DNA of 64,000 bases from Methanobacteriota archaeon (GTDB lineage Archaea; Thermoplasmatota; E2; DHVEG-1): assembly GCA_963769885.1 (NCBI GenBank), contig CAVYNH010000006.1, positions 1 through 64,000 on the forward strand, read 5' to 3'. The notes beneath the pieces were generated by a model, which saw only the letters and a program-made list of their open reading frames with translations, was not told the origin of the DNA and did not search any database. The translations under genes were made by a program, and so were the position numbers. Shown here in pieces: positions 51,313 to 60,902 of this stretch (the stretch's first letter is position 1; each line of letters begins with the position of its first letter).

Positions 51313-52590
51313 ATGGCCATGAACGGAACACTCCCCATCGGCATGAAACCCGAGATCACCTACCACCTCACCCAACTCCTCGACACCCCCGTCTACCTCA
51401 AAGACAAAAGAATCGGCAAACTCCAAGACCTCGTCATCCGCGACGGCGACAAAGTCGCCGAAGTCGTCCAACTCTACATCCACCGCCCCTTCGGCGACCC
51501 CGCCCTCCTCATCCCCTGGGAAAACACCAGAGTCCTCACCCCCCGAGAAATCGACATCGACATCGACACTCCAGACACGTACGTCACCGAACCCAAAGAA
51601 GGCACTATCCTCCTCAAAGACCACATCCTCGACAAAAAAATCCTCGACATCGAAGGCCAAGAAGTCGAAGTCGTCTACGACGTCACCCTCATCCTCAGAG
51701 ACAGACTCTACGTCACTGACGTCGACATCAGCCGCTACAGCTTCCTCCGACGCATCGGCCTCAAACGCCTCGCCCGCCTCCTCACCCACCCCGAAACCCG
51801 CACTAAAATCGGCACCATCCCCTGGTTCTACATCCAGCCCCTCCCCAGCAACATCAGCAGCTTCGAAGGCGACGTCCGCCTCAAAATCCTCAAAGAAAAA
51901 ATCAGCGACATCCCCCCCGTCGACCTCGCCGACATCCTCGAAGAACTCGACCACGACCAACGCCTCGTCCTCTTCCGCCAACTCGAAACCGAACAAGCCA
52001 GCGACACCCTCGAAGAAATCAACCCCAACGTCCAACGCGCCCTCATCAGCTCACTCGAAAAAGGACACGCCGCCAACCTCATTAACGAGATGACCCCCGG
52101 CCAAGCCGCCGACGTCCTCACCGTGCTGCCCTGGAGCGAGGCGAAACAAATCCTCAAACGCCTCGACCCGGAAAAAGTCAAAAAAATCCAGGCCATCATG
52201 AACTTCCACGAAGAAAAAGTCAAACACTTCAGCACCCTCCGCTACATCACCGCACCCCCAACCCTCACCGTCGGCACCGCCCAGGACGAATACCCGAAAC
52301 TCGCAAAAAACAAAGCCGTCACCATGTACTTCTACGTCATCGACAACCAGAACCGGCTCCTCGGCGTCGTCGACATCAAAGAACTCCTCAAAGCAGACGA
52401 CACCGCCCAGCTCAAAGACATCATGACCGACGACATCATCACCTTGGGGCCAAACAGCATGCTCAAAGAAGCGGCAGAACTCTTCTCCCACTACGGCTTC
52501 CGCGCAATCCCCGTCGTTGACGACCAACGCCGCCTCATTGGCGTCGTCCCCTTCCGCGACGTCATGAACCTGACCCACTACTTCATATAA
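51313..52590 (+). CDS. Soluble MgtE-N/CBS protein with PRC-barrel-like N-terminus
   Basis: PVDLADILEEL, A.DTLEE, CBS pair; no TM domain. Confidence 0.85.
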   Translation: MAMNGTLPIGMKPEITYHLTQLLDTPVYLKDKRIGKLQDLVIRDGDKVAEVVQLYIHRPFGDPALLIPWENTRVLTPREIDIDIDTPDTYVTEPKEGTILLKDHILDKKILDIEGQEVEVVYDVTLILRDRLYVTDVDISRYSFLRRIGLKRLARLLTHPETRTKIGTIPWFYIQPLPSNISSFEGDVRLKILKEKISDIPPVDLADILEELDHDQRLVLFRQLETEQASDTLEEINPNVQRALISSLEKGHAANLINEMTPGQAADVLTVLPWSEAKQILKRLDPEKVKKIQAIMNFHEEKVKHFSTLRYITAPPTLTVGTAQDEYPKLAKNKAVTMYFYVIDNQNRLLGVVDIKELLKADDTAQLKDIMTDDIITLGPNSMLKEAAELFSHYGFRAIPVVDDQRRLIGVVPFRDVMNLTHYFI

Positions 52591-52618
52591 TGGAAAAAGA
52601 AAACCGCTCAAACCTCTG

Positions 52619-52939
52619 CTACTGACCGGCGATGAACCCACGAAACTGTTCTTCGTTCAGCCCTTCCCCGGAGATGCCATCCAGTCAATCAGCCACAACC
52701 CCATGCTTAAACAGCAGCACGGTGGGCACCACATAGACCGAGTACTTACTACAGAAACCATCGTCGTCATCGACCATCGCACACACGAACTGCCCTGGAT
52801 CAGCCTTAAAAATCTTCTCATAAATCGGTAGGAATGCCCGACAATACGGACACCAGGATGCATAAAACAGGACGTACACCTTCTCCTTGGTTTTCACAAA
52901 TAACTCAAGACTTGAAAGCGTTGAAAACTGCATCACCAT
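52619..52939 (-). pseudogene. Thioredoxin with an in-frame TGA at 52685-52687
   Basis: FYASWCPYC, VPT; the frame continues after the stop as LDGISGEGLNEEQFRGFIAGQ*. Confidence 0.75.
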
Positions 52940-53093
52940 CTACCGACTCTCCGCCCTTGACATCGGAAACGACCAACACCTTCTCCTATTTACGCTTATC
53001 CATCAAACGATGACAGGGCGACCCACATACCATCTGCATCGCGAAAAAAAGAAGACAAAAAAAGAGAAAGAGATGAGGGAGACGATTCCCTCA

Positions 53094-55103
53094 TTACCCG
53101 AAAATCAAGCGGAGGAGCGGGAACGCGTTCGGGAACCGCGCGAAGAGCCAGTCCAGGAACCGATGCGACGGCACAAACGGCATCTTCACCGTCGCCGGGT
53201 CAGACCAGTCGCTCTCCAAGTTGAACTTATCCTTCGCCTTCACCTTGATGAGGTAGGTCCCCCGCTTCGCCCAGGTGTGGTTCAGCGTCGCGTTCTGTCC
53301 GGACAGGTACGGACCAGTCCAGTTCGACATCGTTCCGTCACCCCAATCCCACATGAAGTACAACGTCTCGTTCTCATCGGGGTCCGTCGTGCTCGTCGTA
53401 TAGTTGTGGGGCACCTTCGGCTTCCCCTGTGCGGGGCCGACCGGTGTCCTTGGTTTATCAGGGGCGGTACCCGTGACCGTCACGTGGATGATCGGGCTGT
53501 ACCACCAGAGATGCCCATCGATGATCTCCCAGCCGTCCGTGCCATGCAGCTCCTCATGATAGGACGCGTTCGTCCGTTCACTCACCATCCGGAGGTACGG
53601 ATGGCTGCCATAGACCTCCGGGTGCAGGGGTGCGCCGTACCGCTGGTCCACCTGCGCTTTAATGACAAAATAGTAGTTCCCTGAGGTTGACGGCGTGATG
53701 GTCTCGCTGTAGATCGTCCCCGAGGTCTGACCGCTCTCCGCCCCCTCCCAGCCGGTGCCGCCGACCCACTGCCCGGCGTGCTCCGCATGATCTAGGGTTT
53801 CGAACTGAGGATGCGAAATCGGGTCAGGGTCCGTCCCCCACTGAATCGAAGTGTGATCGACAACCAGGCTGCCGTTCACCATCCACCGGAATGGGAGGAA
53901 GGTGCCGGGCATGACGACGCTGTTATCAGGGATGGTCCCGCTCTGGATCTGGACGTTGGGCTGCGCGAGGTCCGACTGATGCAGGATGATCCGGCGGACT
54001 TCCGCGCCGTACCGCGGCGTCGTGTCGTTGCCGAACGTGGACTCCGCCGGGTTCTTCGTCGTGGACATCTCCGGGGAGATCCACTCGACGCCCGCGCCGT
54101 AGTAGTTCCCAAACGTCTCATCATGGACGTAGGGGTCCTCCACCGGGTTCCGCTCGACGTTCCCGCCGTAGGCCCAGGGGGACATGCCGCCTTGGACGAC
54201 GTAGCCGACGGTGCCGGGGATGGTCCCGATGCTGTACATGTCGAAGTCGCCGCCGTAATCGCCGGTGTAAGCCCCGACTCGTTGGCTGGAGACCTCGTAG
54301 AAGTAGAAGTCTGGGGGCGCATAGTCGTTATCCCGGCCGGTGATCGGGCTGACGCCGTGGACCGAGGAGTGCGTGGAGCCCCAGGGATACAGGAGCTCTC
54401 GGGCCCCGCCGTGCCAGTCCAGCGCGATCCGAATCGTGTGGTTGTCAATGAAGCGGTATAAGGTCTTGCCCTGGACGCTCCCCCAGATGCCGCCGGTCGG
54501 CGACCCGGGTCCGTCCATGTCCGCCTCACGGTTCACGTCCCAGCCGTTCCCATCATAGCGCTGCACGTGGTCGTAGCCGTACGGGTTGTGCGAGACCTCA
54601 AGGTAGATCTCGCGGTTGTCGATGAGCCAGCGCAGCCAGGCCTTGTCATAGTCTGGGCACGGCTCGTCCGTGAACGCCATGCGCATCAGCCAGTCGGTGA
54701 ACCAGTAGTTCCCGATGGTGCCGACGGTTTCGTCCCCATGCGGGTTCCCCAGGAACAGGACCTCGGGCTTGTGCAGTCCGAGTGACTCGTTCGTGATCCG
54801 CACGTACCAGTCGTCGTAGCCGCCCGTGAGAGTCCCGGTGTTATATATGACGTTCATCTTGTACAGCTCAATGTAGTTCGGATACGTGCCGTTCAACAGT
54901 TGGTACCACGTAAGGAGCTGCGCGATGTTCGTCGGCTTGTGGTACCAGTCCGGCCCCAGCGGCAGCGTCTTCTCATCCAGGTCTGCCTGGGTGACGACCG
55001 TCCTTGGTTTCTGATGCTCAGAATACCCCGCCGCCGGCAGGGCATTCACCACCATTGTGAGGACAACAATGAGACTCACAATTCCAGTCAATTGCTTCTT
55101 CAT
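53094..55103 (-). CDS. Secreted M14 zinc carboxypeptidase with PKD tail
   Basis: HGDE, NPYG, DVNR, DWHGG, DWGDG. Confidence 0.88.
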   Translation of the reverse strand: MKKQLTGIVSLIVVLTMVVNALPAAGYSEHQKPRTVVTQADLDEKTLPLGPDWYHKPTNIAQLLTWYQLLNGTYPNYIELYKMNVIYNTGTLTGGYDDWYVRITNESLGLHKPEVLFLGNPHGDETVGTIGNYWFTDWLMRMAFTDEPCPDYDKAWLRWLIDNREIYLEVSHNPYGYDHVQRYDGNGWDVNREADMDGPGSPTGGIWGSVQGKTLYRFIDNHTIRIALDWHGGARELLYPWGSTHSSVHGVSPITGRDNDYAPPDFYFYEVSSQRVGAYTGDYGGDFDMYSIGTIPGTVGYVVQGGMSPWAYGGNVERNPVEDPYVHDETFGNYYGAGVEWISPEMSTTKNPAESTFGNDTTPRYGAEVRRIILHQSDLAQPNVQIQSGTIPDNSVVMPGTFLPFRWMVNGSLVVDHTSIQWGTDPDPISHPQFETLDHAEHAGQWVGGTGWEGAESGQTSGTIYSETITPSTSGNYYFVIKAQVDQRYGAPLHPEVYGSHPYLRMVSERTNASYHEELHGTDGWEIIDGHLWWYSPIIHVTVTGTAPDKPRTPVGPAQGKPKVPHNYTTSTTDPDENETLYFMWDWGDGTMSNWTGPYLSGQNATLNHTWAKRGTYLIKVKAKDKFNLESDWSDPATVKMPFVPSHRFLDWLFARFPNAFPLLRLIFG

Positions 55104-55309
55104 AGATTTCAACTTCCCCGTTAAACTGTCTATATGGGGGATATTTTATAAAAAGCTTCGTAAGCACAAAACCACCCCACCACCCAAGAAAAATCAACTC
55201 TAAAGAAGATAAAACCCACTAAAAGACAGAATAAAACACAAAAAAAATCCATAAAAACAACGATACCGCCTCCTTCATCAACAGCCATGAGCAACCCGAC
55301 CACGAACCA

Positions 55310-56602
55310 TCAAATGACCAGGAACTGATTCTCCCGACTCCCATCCCACACCACATACGGCAACAGCACCGCCCGCTCCGCCTCAGACAACCCCCGGCGC
55401 TCCACCGGCGGCAGACGACCCGACGGTACCTTCCCCGCCCACGCCACAAACCGACGCACCATCCACCACGTCCCCGTCAGCCCCCTATTCACAAACACAT
55501 CCACCGCATCAACTCCCTCCCAGCGCCGGAACCCATCCCCAATACACGCAGACTCCTCCCCGGACTGCTCCACAATCCGACCCTGCGACCAACGCCCATA
55601 CTCAGGGTGCGCCGCACACAGCAAGATACGCCCCTTGTGTGCATTCGGACACACCTCCGCCGTCACCGCTGGCATCCCACCTTGATCCAACGTGATCACC
55701 GTCTCCGTCCGCTCCCAATCCCCTGCGAGATAGTACGTGTACAGAAAGACATCCCGCAGTCGCGCATGCTGCCGTTTGATCATCTGGAAAGCTGAAAAAA
55801 CAGCTTTGCCAACCCCCTTCAAGCCCCCGGTATACCGCCAGGCATAGATCCGCCGCCGCGGATCCTCTGAAAGATCCACAGTCGGATACCACGCCAAGAC
55901 CTGTACGTCACGATCCGGACGCTCTGGGACGACCAGCCCCGGGCCTCCCCACCAGCGGACCAACTCCGACTCAGACGCACCCGTAAACACAGGATGCTTG
56001 GTATCCAACTTGAACTCAAGCGGCGCCCCGCCCGTATGCACCCATGCCCCGTCTACGGTCTTGCCGGGTGCAAACGAGAAGACATACGCGGCCGCCCCAA
56101 CATCCTCCGGATGCCGCCTCTGGAACGGGTAAAGCAGAGGGAAGGCAAAGGACCGATAGAACGAGGAGACACAGGAGACACCCAGGTTACTATTATGGTA
56201 GCGTCGCTCTAAAAACGTGCGGGGCTTGCCCGCCCCAGTCTTCAAATCAGTCATGAGGGCCGCGCCACCGCAAATCCCGACATAACCTCCGCCCTTGCGA
56301 ACGAAGTCGGCGATATAGCGTTTCCATCTCCTCGTCCGTAGGGAGAGGGGGTCACCCTTGGTGATGGCATGGCCGTCCCCGACACCGCCGCCGGGGACTA
56401 CGAGCACATCAAAATTGGTCGTGGTGAGTCTTCCTTGCCGGATGTCTCTGTCGGTGAGGTATTCCACGGCAAATTTGTAGGATGAGTCGGGGGTCGTCCA
56501 GGCGTAGTTTTGGAGGAGGGCGAGGAAGAAATGTTTACCGGAGCCCCAGCCGAGAGGCTCATCGGCGAAGATGGCGACGCGGATCACCTTTTCCGCACTC
56601 AT
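55310..56602 (-). CDS. BPL_N / class I glutamine amidotransferase-like protein
   Basis: LVVPGGG, GGGYVGICGGA, HPE (Cys-His-Glu triad pattern). Confidence 0.75.
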   Translation of the reverse strand: MSAEKVIRVAIFADEPLGWGSGKHFFLALLQNYAWTTPDSSYKFAVEYLTDRDIRQGRLTTTNFDVLVVPGGGVGDGHAITKGDPLSLRTRRWKRYIADFVRKGGGYVGICGGAALMTDLKTGAGKPRTFLERRYHNSNLGVSCVSSFYRSFAFPLLYPFQRRHPEDVGAAAYVFSFAPGKTVDGAWVHTGGAPLEFKLDTKHPVFTGASESELVRWWGGPGLVVPERPDRDVQVLAWYPTVDLSEDPRRRIYAWRYTGGLKGVGKAVFSAFQMIKRQHARLRDVFLYTYYLAGDWERTETVITLDQGGMPAVTAEVCPNAHKGRILLCAAHPEYGRWSQGRIVEQSGEESACIGDGFRRWEGVDAVDVFVNRGLTGTWWMVRRFVAWAGKVPSGRLPPVERRGLSEAERAVLLPYVVWDGSRENQFLVI

Positions 56603-57720
56603 CAGGAACCTCGGCGGAGATAGTCCCAGTGATCGAGGGCGAAGCCCCAGCTCTGGTTCACCGTGTCGATGACCTGAGGGTCGATGGCGTAGACGTTGGT
56701 TTTGTACTTCGCCTGTCGTGCGAGGTACTGCTCGATGCCGGGGAGGGCTTGGTCGAGGCCGGGTAACGCAAGCTCCTCGTAGATTCGGCGGACTTGTCCG
56801 CGGGGGTCGGCGACGAGGTCCTCGTAGCGGAGTTCGACGAGGCTGTCTTTGGGGATCTGCGTCTTCTGCTTGTGGTAGTCATTGAAGAGTCGGACGTAGT
56901 TGTCGATGACCTGCTTGTCGAGGTCGGTCGTGGAGGCCGCTTGGAGGGCGAGGACGTCGAGGACGTTGCGGCGCATCTTGCGGGTGGAGAGGTACACGAG
57001 GTAGGGGTCGCGGTAGAGGTAGATGAACTTTGCCTCGGGGAACAGTTCCCGGAGGGTGGTGATGCGGGCGGTGTTGGGTGGGTTTTTGGAGAGGAGGCGG
57101 CGGCCGTGGTTGGCGTAGGTGATGGCTTTGATGAGGCTGAGGTAGGCGGTTTTCCAGTCGTCTTTTTCGGCTGTGGTGAGGCCGGTGAAGTGGATGGATT
57201 TTTGGTATTGTTGTTCAGCGTTCTTGGGGAAGTAGAGGCAGTGGAAGAAGGACCAGGGGCAGAGGACGGCGAGGGCGGCTTCGTCTTCGTAGGGGCCGTC
57301 CATGGCGACTTCGATGGCGTCCATGGGTCTGGTTTTGGGGAGGAACCGGGACAGGAAGTCTTTAATCGGCTCTAAGGTGAGGAAGCTGTCGGGGAGGAGC
57401 GTGTTCCAGAGGGAGACGTGGCAGAATTGGGGGTCTTGGCTGAGCAGCTCGTGGAGGTAGGTGGTGCCGCTGCGCCAGTGTCCGATGATGAAGACGGGGG
57501 GATGCTGGAGTGTTGTCGCTTCGATGCGGTGTTGGTAGCGGAGTCGGTAGAGGAATCGTACCGGTGCGGTCGCAATGGACATCACGGTGATGAAGGCGGC
57601 GCGGGGGTAGTAGCCGCGGTCGACGCCGCCGTTGGCGGCGAGGAGTCGGATCCATCGGCGGGTGGAGATTGCGAAGAGGGGGTGTTGGATGATGTTTTGT
57701 TTTTTTGTGGGCTCAGTCAT
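56602..57720 (-). CDS. PAPS-dependent sulfotransferase family protein
   Basis: PVFIIGHWRSGTTYLH, KNP, FIYLYRDP, RYEDLV. Confidence 0.88.
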   Translation of the reverse strand: MTEPTKKQNIIQHPLFAISTRRWIRLLAANGGVDRGYYPRAAFITVMSIATAPVRFLYRLRYQHRIEATTLQHPPVFIIGHWRSGTTYLHELLSQDPQFCHVSLWNTLLPDSFLTLEPIKDFLSRFLPKTRPMDAIEVAMDGPYEDEAALAVLCPWSFFHCLYFPKNAEQQYQKSIHFTGLTTAEKDDWKTAYLSLIKAITYANHGRRLLSKNPPNTARITTLRELFPEAKFIYLYRDPYLVYLSTRKMRRNVLDVLALQAASTTDLDKQVIDNYVRLFNDYHKQKTQIPKDSLVELRYEDLVADPRGQVRRIYEELALPGLDQALPGIEQYLARQAKYKTNVYAIDPQVIDTVNQSWGFALDHWDYLRRGS

Positions 57721-58858
57721 GGGTTGTCTCCGTGATGGGTGTTTCGTAGACGCGGTGGATCTTGGTGATTTTGGCGCCGGTGACGGCCATGGTGGAGCGG
57801 GCGGCGGTGTTGGTCTCGTCGATCCAGCCGATCTCGGCGGAGCGGTAGCCGCGTCGTCGCATCTCGGTAAAAGCGGCGTGGTTGAGGCAGGAGGCGATGT
57901 TGCGGTCGCGGTAGTCTTTGCGGATGCCGATGAGGTGGAGTTTGCCGGTGGTGATGGAGTGCTGGCGGTAGAGGAAGCTGAGGAGTTGGGGGGGGCCGAG
58001 GCGGCCGTGCATGCGGGCGAAGACTTGGTTGTAGTCCGGGGTGGCCCAGAGGTAGGCGATGGGGGTGTGGTTGATTTCGGCGATGAGGAAGAGGCGGGTG
58101 TCGACGAACCAGCGGAGTTGTTGGATGCCGAAGCGGGTGCGGACTTCTTCTCGGGATGCGGGGACGAATCCCCAGTGGTCCTGGAAGGTTTCGAGGAAGA
58201 GGTCGATCCACCAGTTGAGTTCTCTGCCGGTGTGGAGTCGGTTGAAGGGGCGGATGTGGATGCCGCTGTCGCGGCAGTGTTGGGCTTTTTCTTCGAGTCG
58301 GCGGGGGAAGGGTTTGGTGAGGTCGAAGGTGAAGGTGAGGAGGTCTTTGGTTTTGGTCATGCCGTAGCGTTCGGCGAAGGCGGCGTAGTATGGGGGGGTG
58401 TAGGTGGCAAGGAGGGTCTGGGGGGCGTCGTGGCCGGCGATGAGGAAGCCGCTGCCGATGTCGATGCGGCCGTCGATGGGGCCGCGCATGGTGGTCATGC
58501 CGTGGGTGGCGAGCCAGTGTTGCGCGGTGGCGAGGAGGGCGGTGGCGGTGTCGTAGTCGTTGATGGTTTCGAAGAAGCCGAAGAAGCCGACGTTGTCGTC
58601 GATGGTTTTGGTGTAGAGGTGGTCGATGATGGCAGCGATGCGGCCGACGGTTTTGCCGTTTTTTGTGGCGAGGAAGAGGCGGCGGTCGGCGTGGGTCCAG
58701 AACGGGTTTTTTGGGGAGAAGAATCTGTTGATCTCGGTGTAGAATGGGGGGATCCAGTGGGGGGTGTCGGCGTAGAGTGGGAAGGGGGCTTGATAGAATC
58801 GTCTGAGGTCCGTGGGGAGGTCCATCGGGATGATGTGTATTGGGTGATTTTTTTCCAT
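57713..58858 (-). CDS. GNAT-fold N-acetyltransferase (YghO-like)
   Basis: WIPP, VGRIAA, GFFGFFE, RGP, HWGFVP, GWIDETN. Confidence 0.8.
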   Translation of the reverse strand: MEKNHPIHIIPMDLPTDLRRFYQAPFPLYADTPHWIPPFYTEINRFFSPKNPFWTHADRRLFLATKNGKTVGRIAAIIDHLYTKTIDDNVGFFGFFETINDYDTATALLATAQHWLATHGMTTMRGPIDGRIDIGSGFLIAGHDAPQTLLATYTPPYYAAFAERYGMTKTKDLLTFTFDLTKPFPRRLEEKAQHCRDSGIHIRPFNRLHTGRELNWWIDLFLETFQDHWGFVPASREEVRTRFGIQQLRWFVDTRLFLIAEINHTPIAYLWATPDYNQVFARMHGRLGPPQLLSFLYRQHSITTGKLHLIGIRKDYRDRNIASCLNHAAFTEMRRRGYRSAEIGWIDETNTAARSTMAVTGAKITKIHRVYETPITETTHD

Positions 58859-59027
58859 GGCTTCGGGGCGGTTGCCCATGCGTATAGCTCCTCCTTATTT
58901 AAAGAGGGCTCCCGCCGTCTGTTGAAGGGGTTCGTGGTTATATTCTTTTTTCCCAATTCATGCCTCATTTTCGGCTTCATCTAAGAGGGGAGGGAGAGAA
59001 TGGATGCAGTCGCCTCAGACGCGTTGT

Positions 59028-60800
59028 TTATGTCTGCGTGAAGCGTGGGAATACAGAGGCTATGATATTCTGCTCGAATCGTGTCTCATGAAGGCGATGT
59101 GCGTGCCAAACGGCGGCGAGGAATCGAAGCAGCAGCTTCAGGGGGCTGGTCTGCCAGGCCTGCTCATGGGTGAGGGTCGGTGTTTTGAGCGTGACGGGGA
59201 TGAGTTCATAGTCGGATGCATTGTTCTGGTTCTCGACGCGGAGGTAGGTATCGAAGTGAGCGCGGCTTTGGTTCGGTGCGATGATCGATACCTGCACGGT
59301 GAGGTCTCCTGCTTCCGGGGTCAGCCCCATCCCTGATTCGGGGGTGAACGTCCATTCTCCCCACGTGAGCAGGGTGGTGTTCACGGTCCAGTTCAGCAGG
59401 GAGCCGGCGCGCCCGATGTTGCGGACGGTGAAGTTCCCGGTGACTGTTGCTTCGGGATGGACTCGGGACCAGTGCAGGCTGCCGGAGCAGTCCAGGTCAG
59501 GGGTCTCTGAGGGAGGCGGAGGCGTGAATGGAGGGATATAGTTGATCTTGTAGACGTCGTTGAGCCATGGGCTGGGATAGGTGTTGGTGTAGCTCCAGAC
59601 GATGTCGTTGTCTGGCGTCACCTCGAAGAAGACGCCGGTGATGCCGTTGCAGATTATGGTGTCACCGTCCAGGAGCCGTTCTGCCCCGGAGATGCGGGTG
59701 GCGTAGAAGCTCGTGGTCGGTGTCGCGGTGTAGCTCCAGTTCAGGCTGCTGGGGCCGTATCTGGAGCCGGGGGCCAAGAAGTACGAGCCGGTTTCGTTCA
59801 CAGGTGGGGCGAACTCGTCCACAGAGGAATATCCGCGGTTGAGGCCGTTGTTGAAGACGAGGATGTGGCCGGCGCCGGGGTACCCGGGGCGGATCCACGT
59901 GGCGTCGTGCTGGCTTGAGAAGATCATGTCGCTTGCCGTCCCGCGGCCGTACGCCAGGGGGTTGCCCCAGCGGTAGAGGATGTCGCCGCCGTGGCCGTAT
60001 CGGCCGCCGGTGTGGCCCGCGGCTTGCGCCGTCGTGGTGCTGTGGTCGATGACCCAGACTTCGTTGAAGTAGGGGCAGCTGATGAGTATCTGGTCGAACT
60101 GCTCATTGTAGTCGAGAGAGTTGCAGTGGAGCCAGTCTGTGTCCATACTTCCGTAGTTGATGTCGATGAGCTCGGGATGGTCGGAGATGGCCCCGTAATG
60201 CGGTAGTGAGGCGCTGTAATCTTGGATGAGGTGGTCCCAGACGTGCCACTGCCAGACGATGGTCCCGCTCATCGGGCCCGTTGGCTTGACCTCGATGATG
60301 TGCTCGGGGCAGACGCCGTTGGGGGGGACGTGTGCGGGGTTTCGTCCTGCCGCGATGGCCTCGGCCGGGGTTTTCTTTTCCCAGGCGAGGAGGAGGATGT
60401 CGCCATTCGGCAGCATGCGGACGTCATGGTGGGAGACATGGGTGCTGGAGCTGTAGGTGTAGTCCCAGACGACGGTCCCGTCCCAGAGGATTTTTTGGAC
60501 GCCGCCGCCGGTTCCGCCGAAGGTCCAAAGGTCGGTCTTGTAGGTACGCAGGATGGTGCCGTCGCCGAGCCAGCGGACGCCGGCCCCGGGCACGGCTGAG
60601 CTCGCCCAGGTGTGGTTCACTGCTCCGGAGCGGTCAATGAGGTACGTTATCGTCGAATCCATCGGGGCGAAGAGGATCTGTCCCTCAAGATCGAGGGATC
60701 GGCGAGGAGGGGCCATAGCGTCCGGTGTGGCGACTGCAGGCAGGCATACCGCGAGGACCAGAAACAGGCATCCTACCATGAGCGCCGCCGTAGCCTTCAT
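59028..60800 (-). CDS. Secreted aryl-sulfate sulfotransferase (ASST-like)
   Basis: HHD..MLPNG, WHVWDHL, DWLHCNS, YRWGNP, QHDA, VFNNG. Confidence 0.85.
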   Translation of the reverse strand: MKATAALMVGCLFLVLAVCLPAVATPDAMAPPRRSLDLEGQILFAPMDSTITYLIDRSGAVNHTWASSAVPGAGVRWLGDGTILRTYKTDLWTFGGTGGGVQKILWDGTVVWDYTYSSSTHVSHHDVRMLPNGDILLLAWEKKTPAEAIAAGRNPAHVPPNGVCPEHIIEVKPTGPMSGTIVWQWHVWDHLIQDYSASLPHYGAISDHPELIDINYGSMDTDWLHCNSLDYNEQFDQILISCPYFNEVWVIDHSTTTAQAAGHTGGRYGHGGDILYRWGNPLAYGRGTASDMIFSSQHDATWIRPGYPGAGHILVFNNGLNRGYSSVDEFAPPVNETGSYFLAPGSRYGPSSLNWSYTATPTTSFYATRISGAERLLDGDTIICNGITGVFFEVTPDNDIVWSYTNTYPSPWLNDVYKINYIPPFTPPPPSETPDLDCSGSLHWSRVHPEATVTGNFTVRNIGRAGSLLNWTVNTTLLTWGEWTFTPESGMGLTPEAGDLTVQVSIIAPNQSRAHFDTYLRVENQNNASDYELIPVTLKTPTLTHEQAWQTSPLKLLLRFLAAVWHAHRLHETRFEQNIIASVFPRFTQT

Positions 60801-60833
60801 AGAAATTTTCCCTTATATCTAAAGGAGGCGGAG

Positions 60834-60853
60834 GGATTTATATCCTTTTTTCC
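60834..60853 (-). promoter_or_regulatory. BRE/TATA-like promoter, identical to the one upstream of the paralog
   Basis: GGAAAAAAGGATATAAATCC on the minus strand, also at 62696-62715, ~33 nt upstream of each ATG. Confidence 0.65.
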
Positions 60854-60902
60854 TCGTAAAAACCCCCTGCAGCCGCTTGGGCCCTCTCGGACTCGTGATT
60901 CC

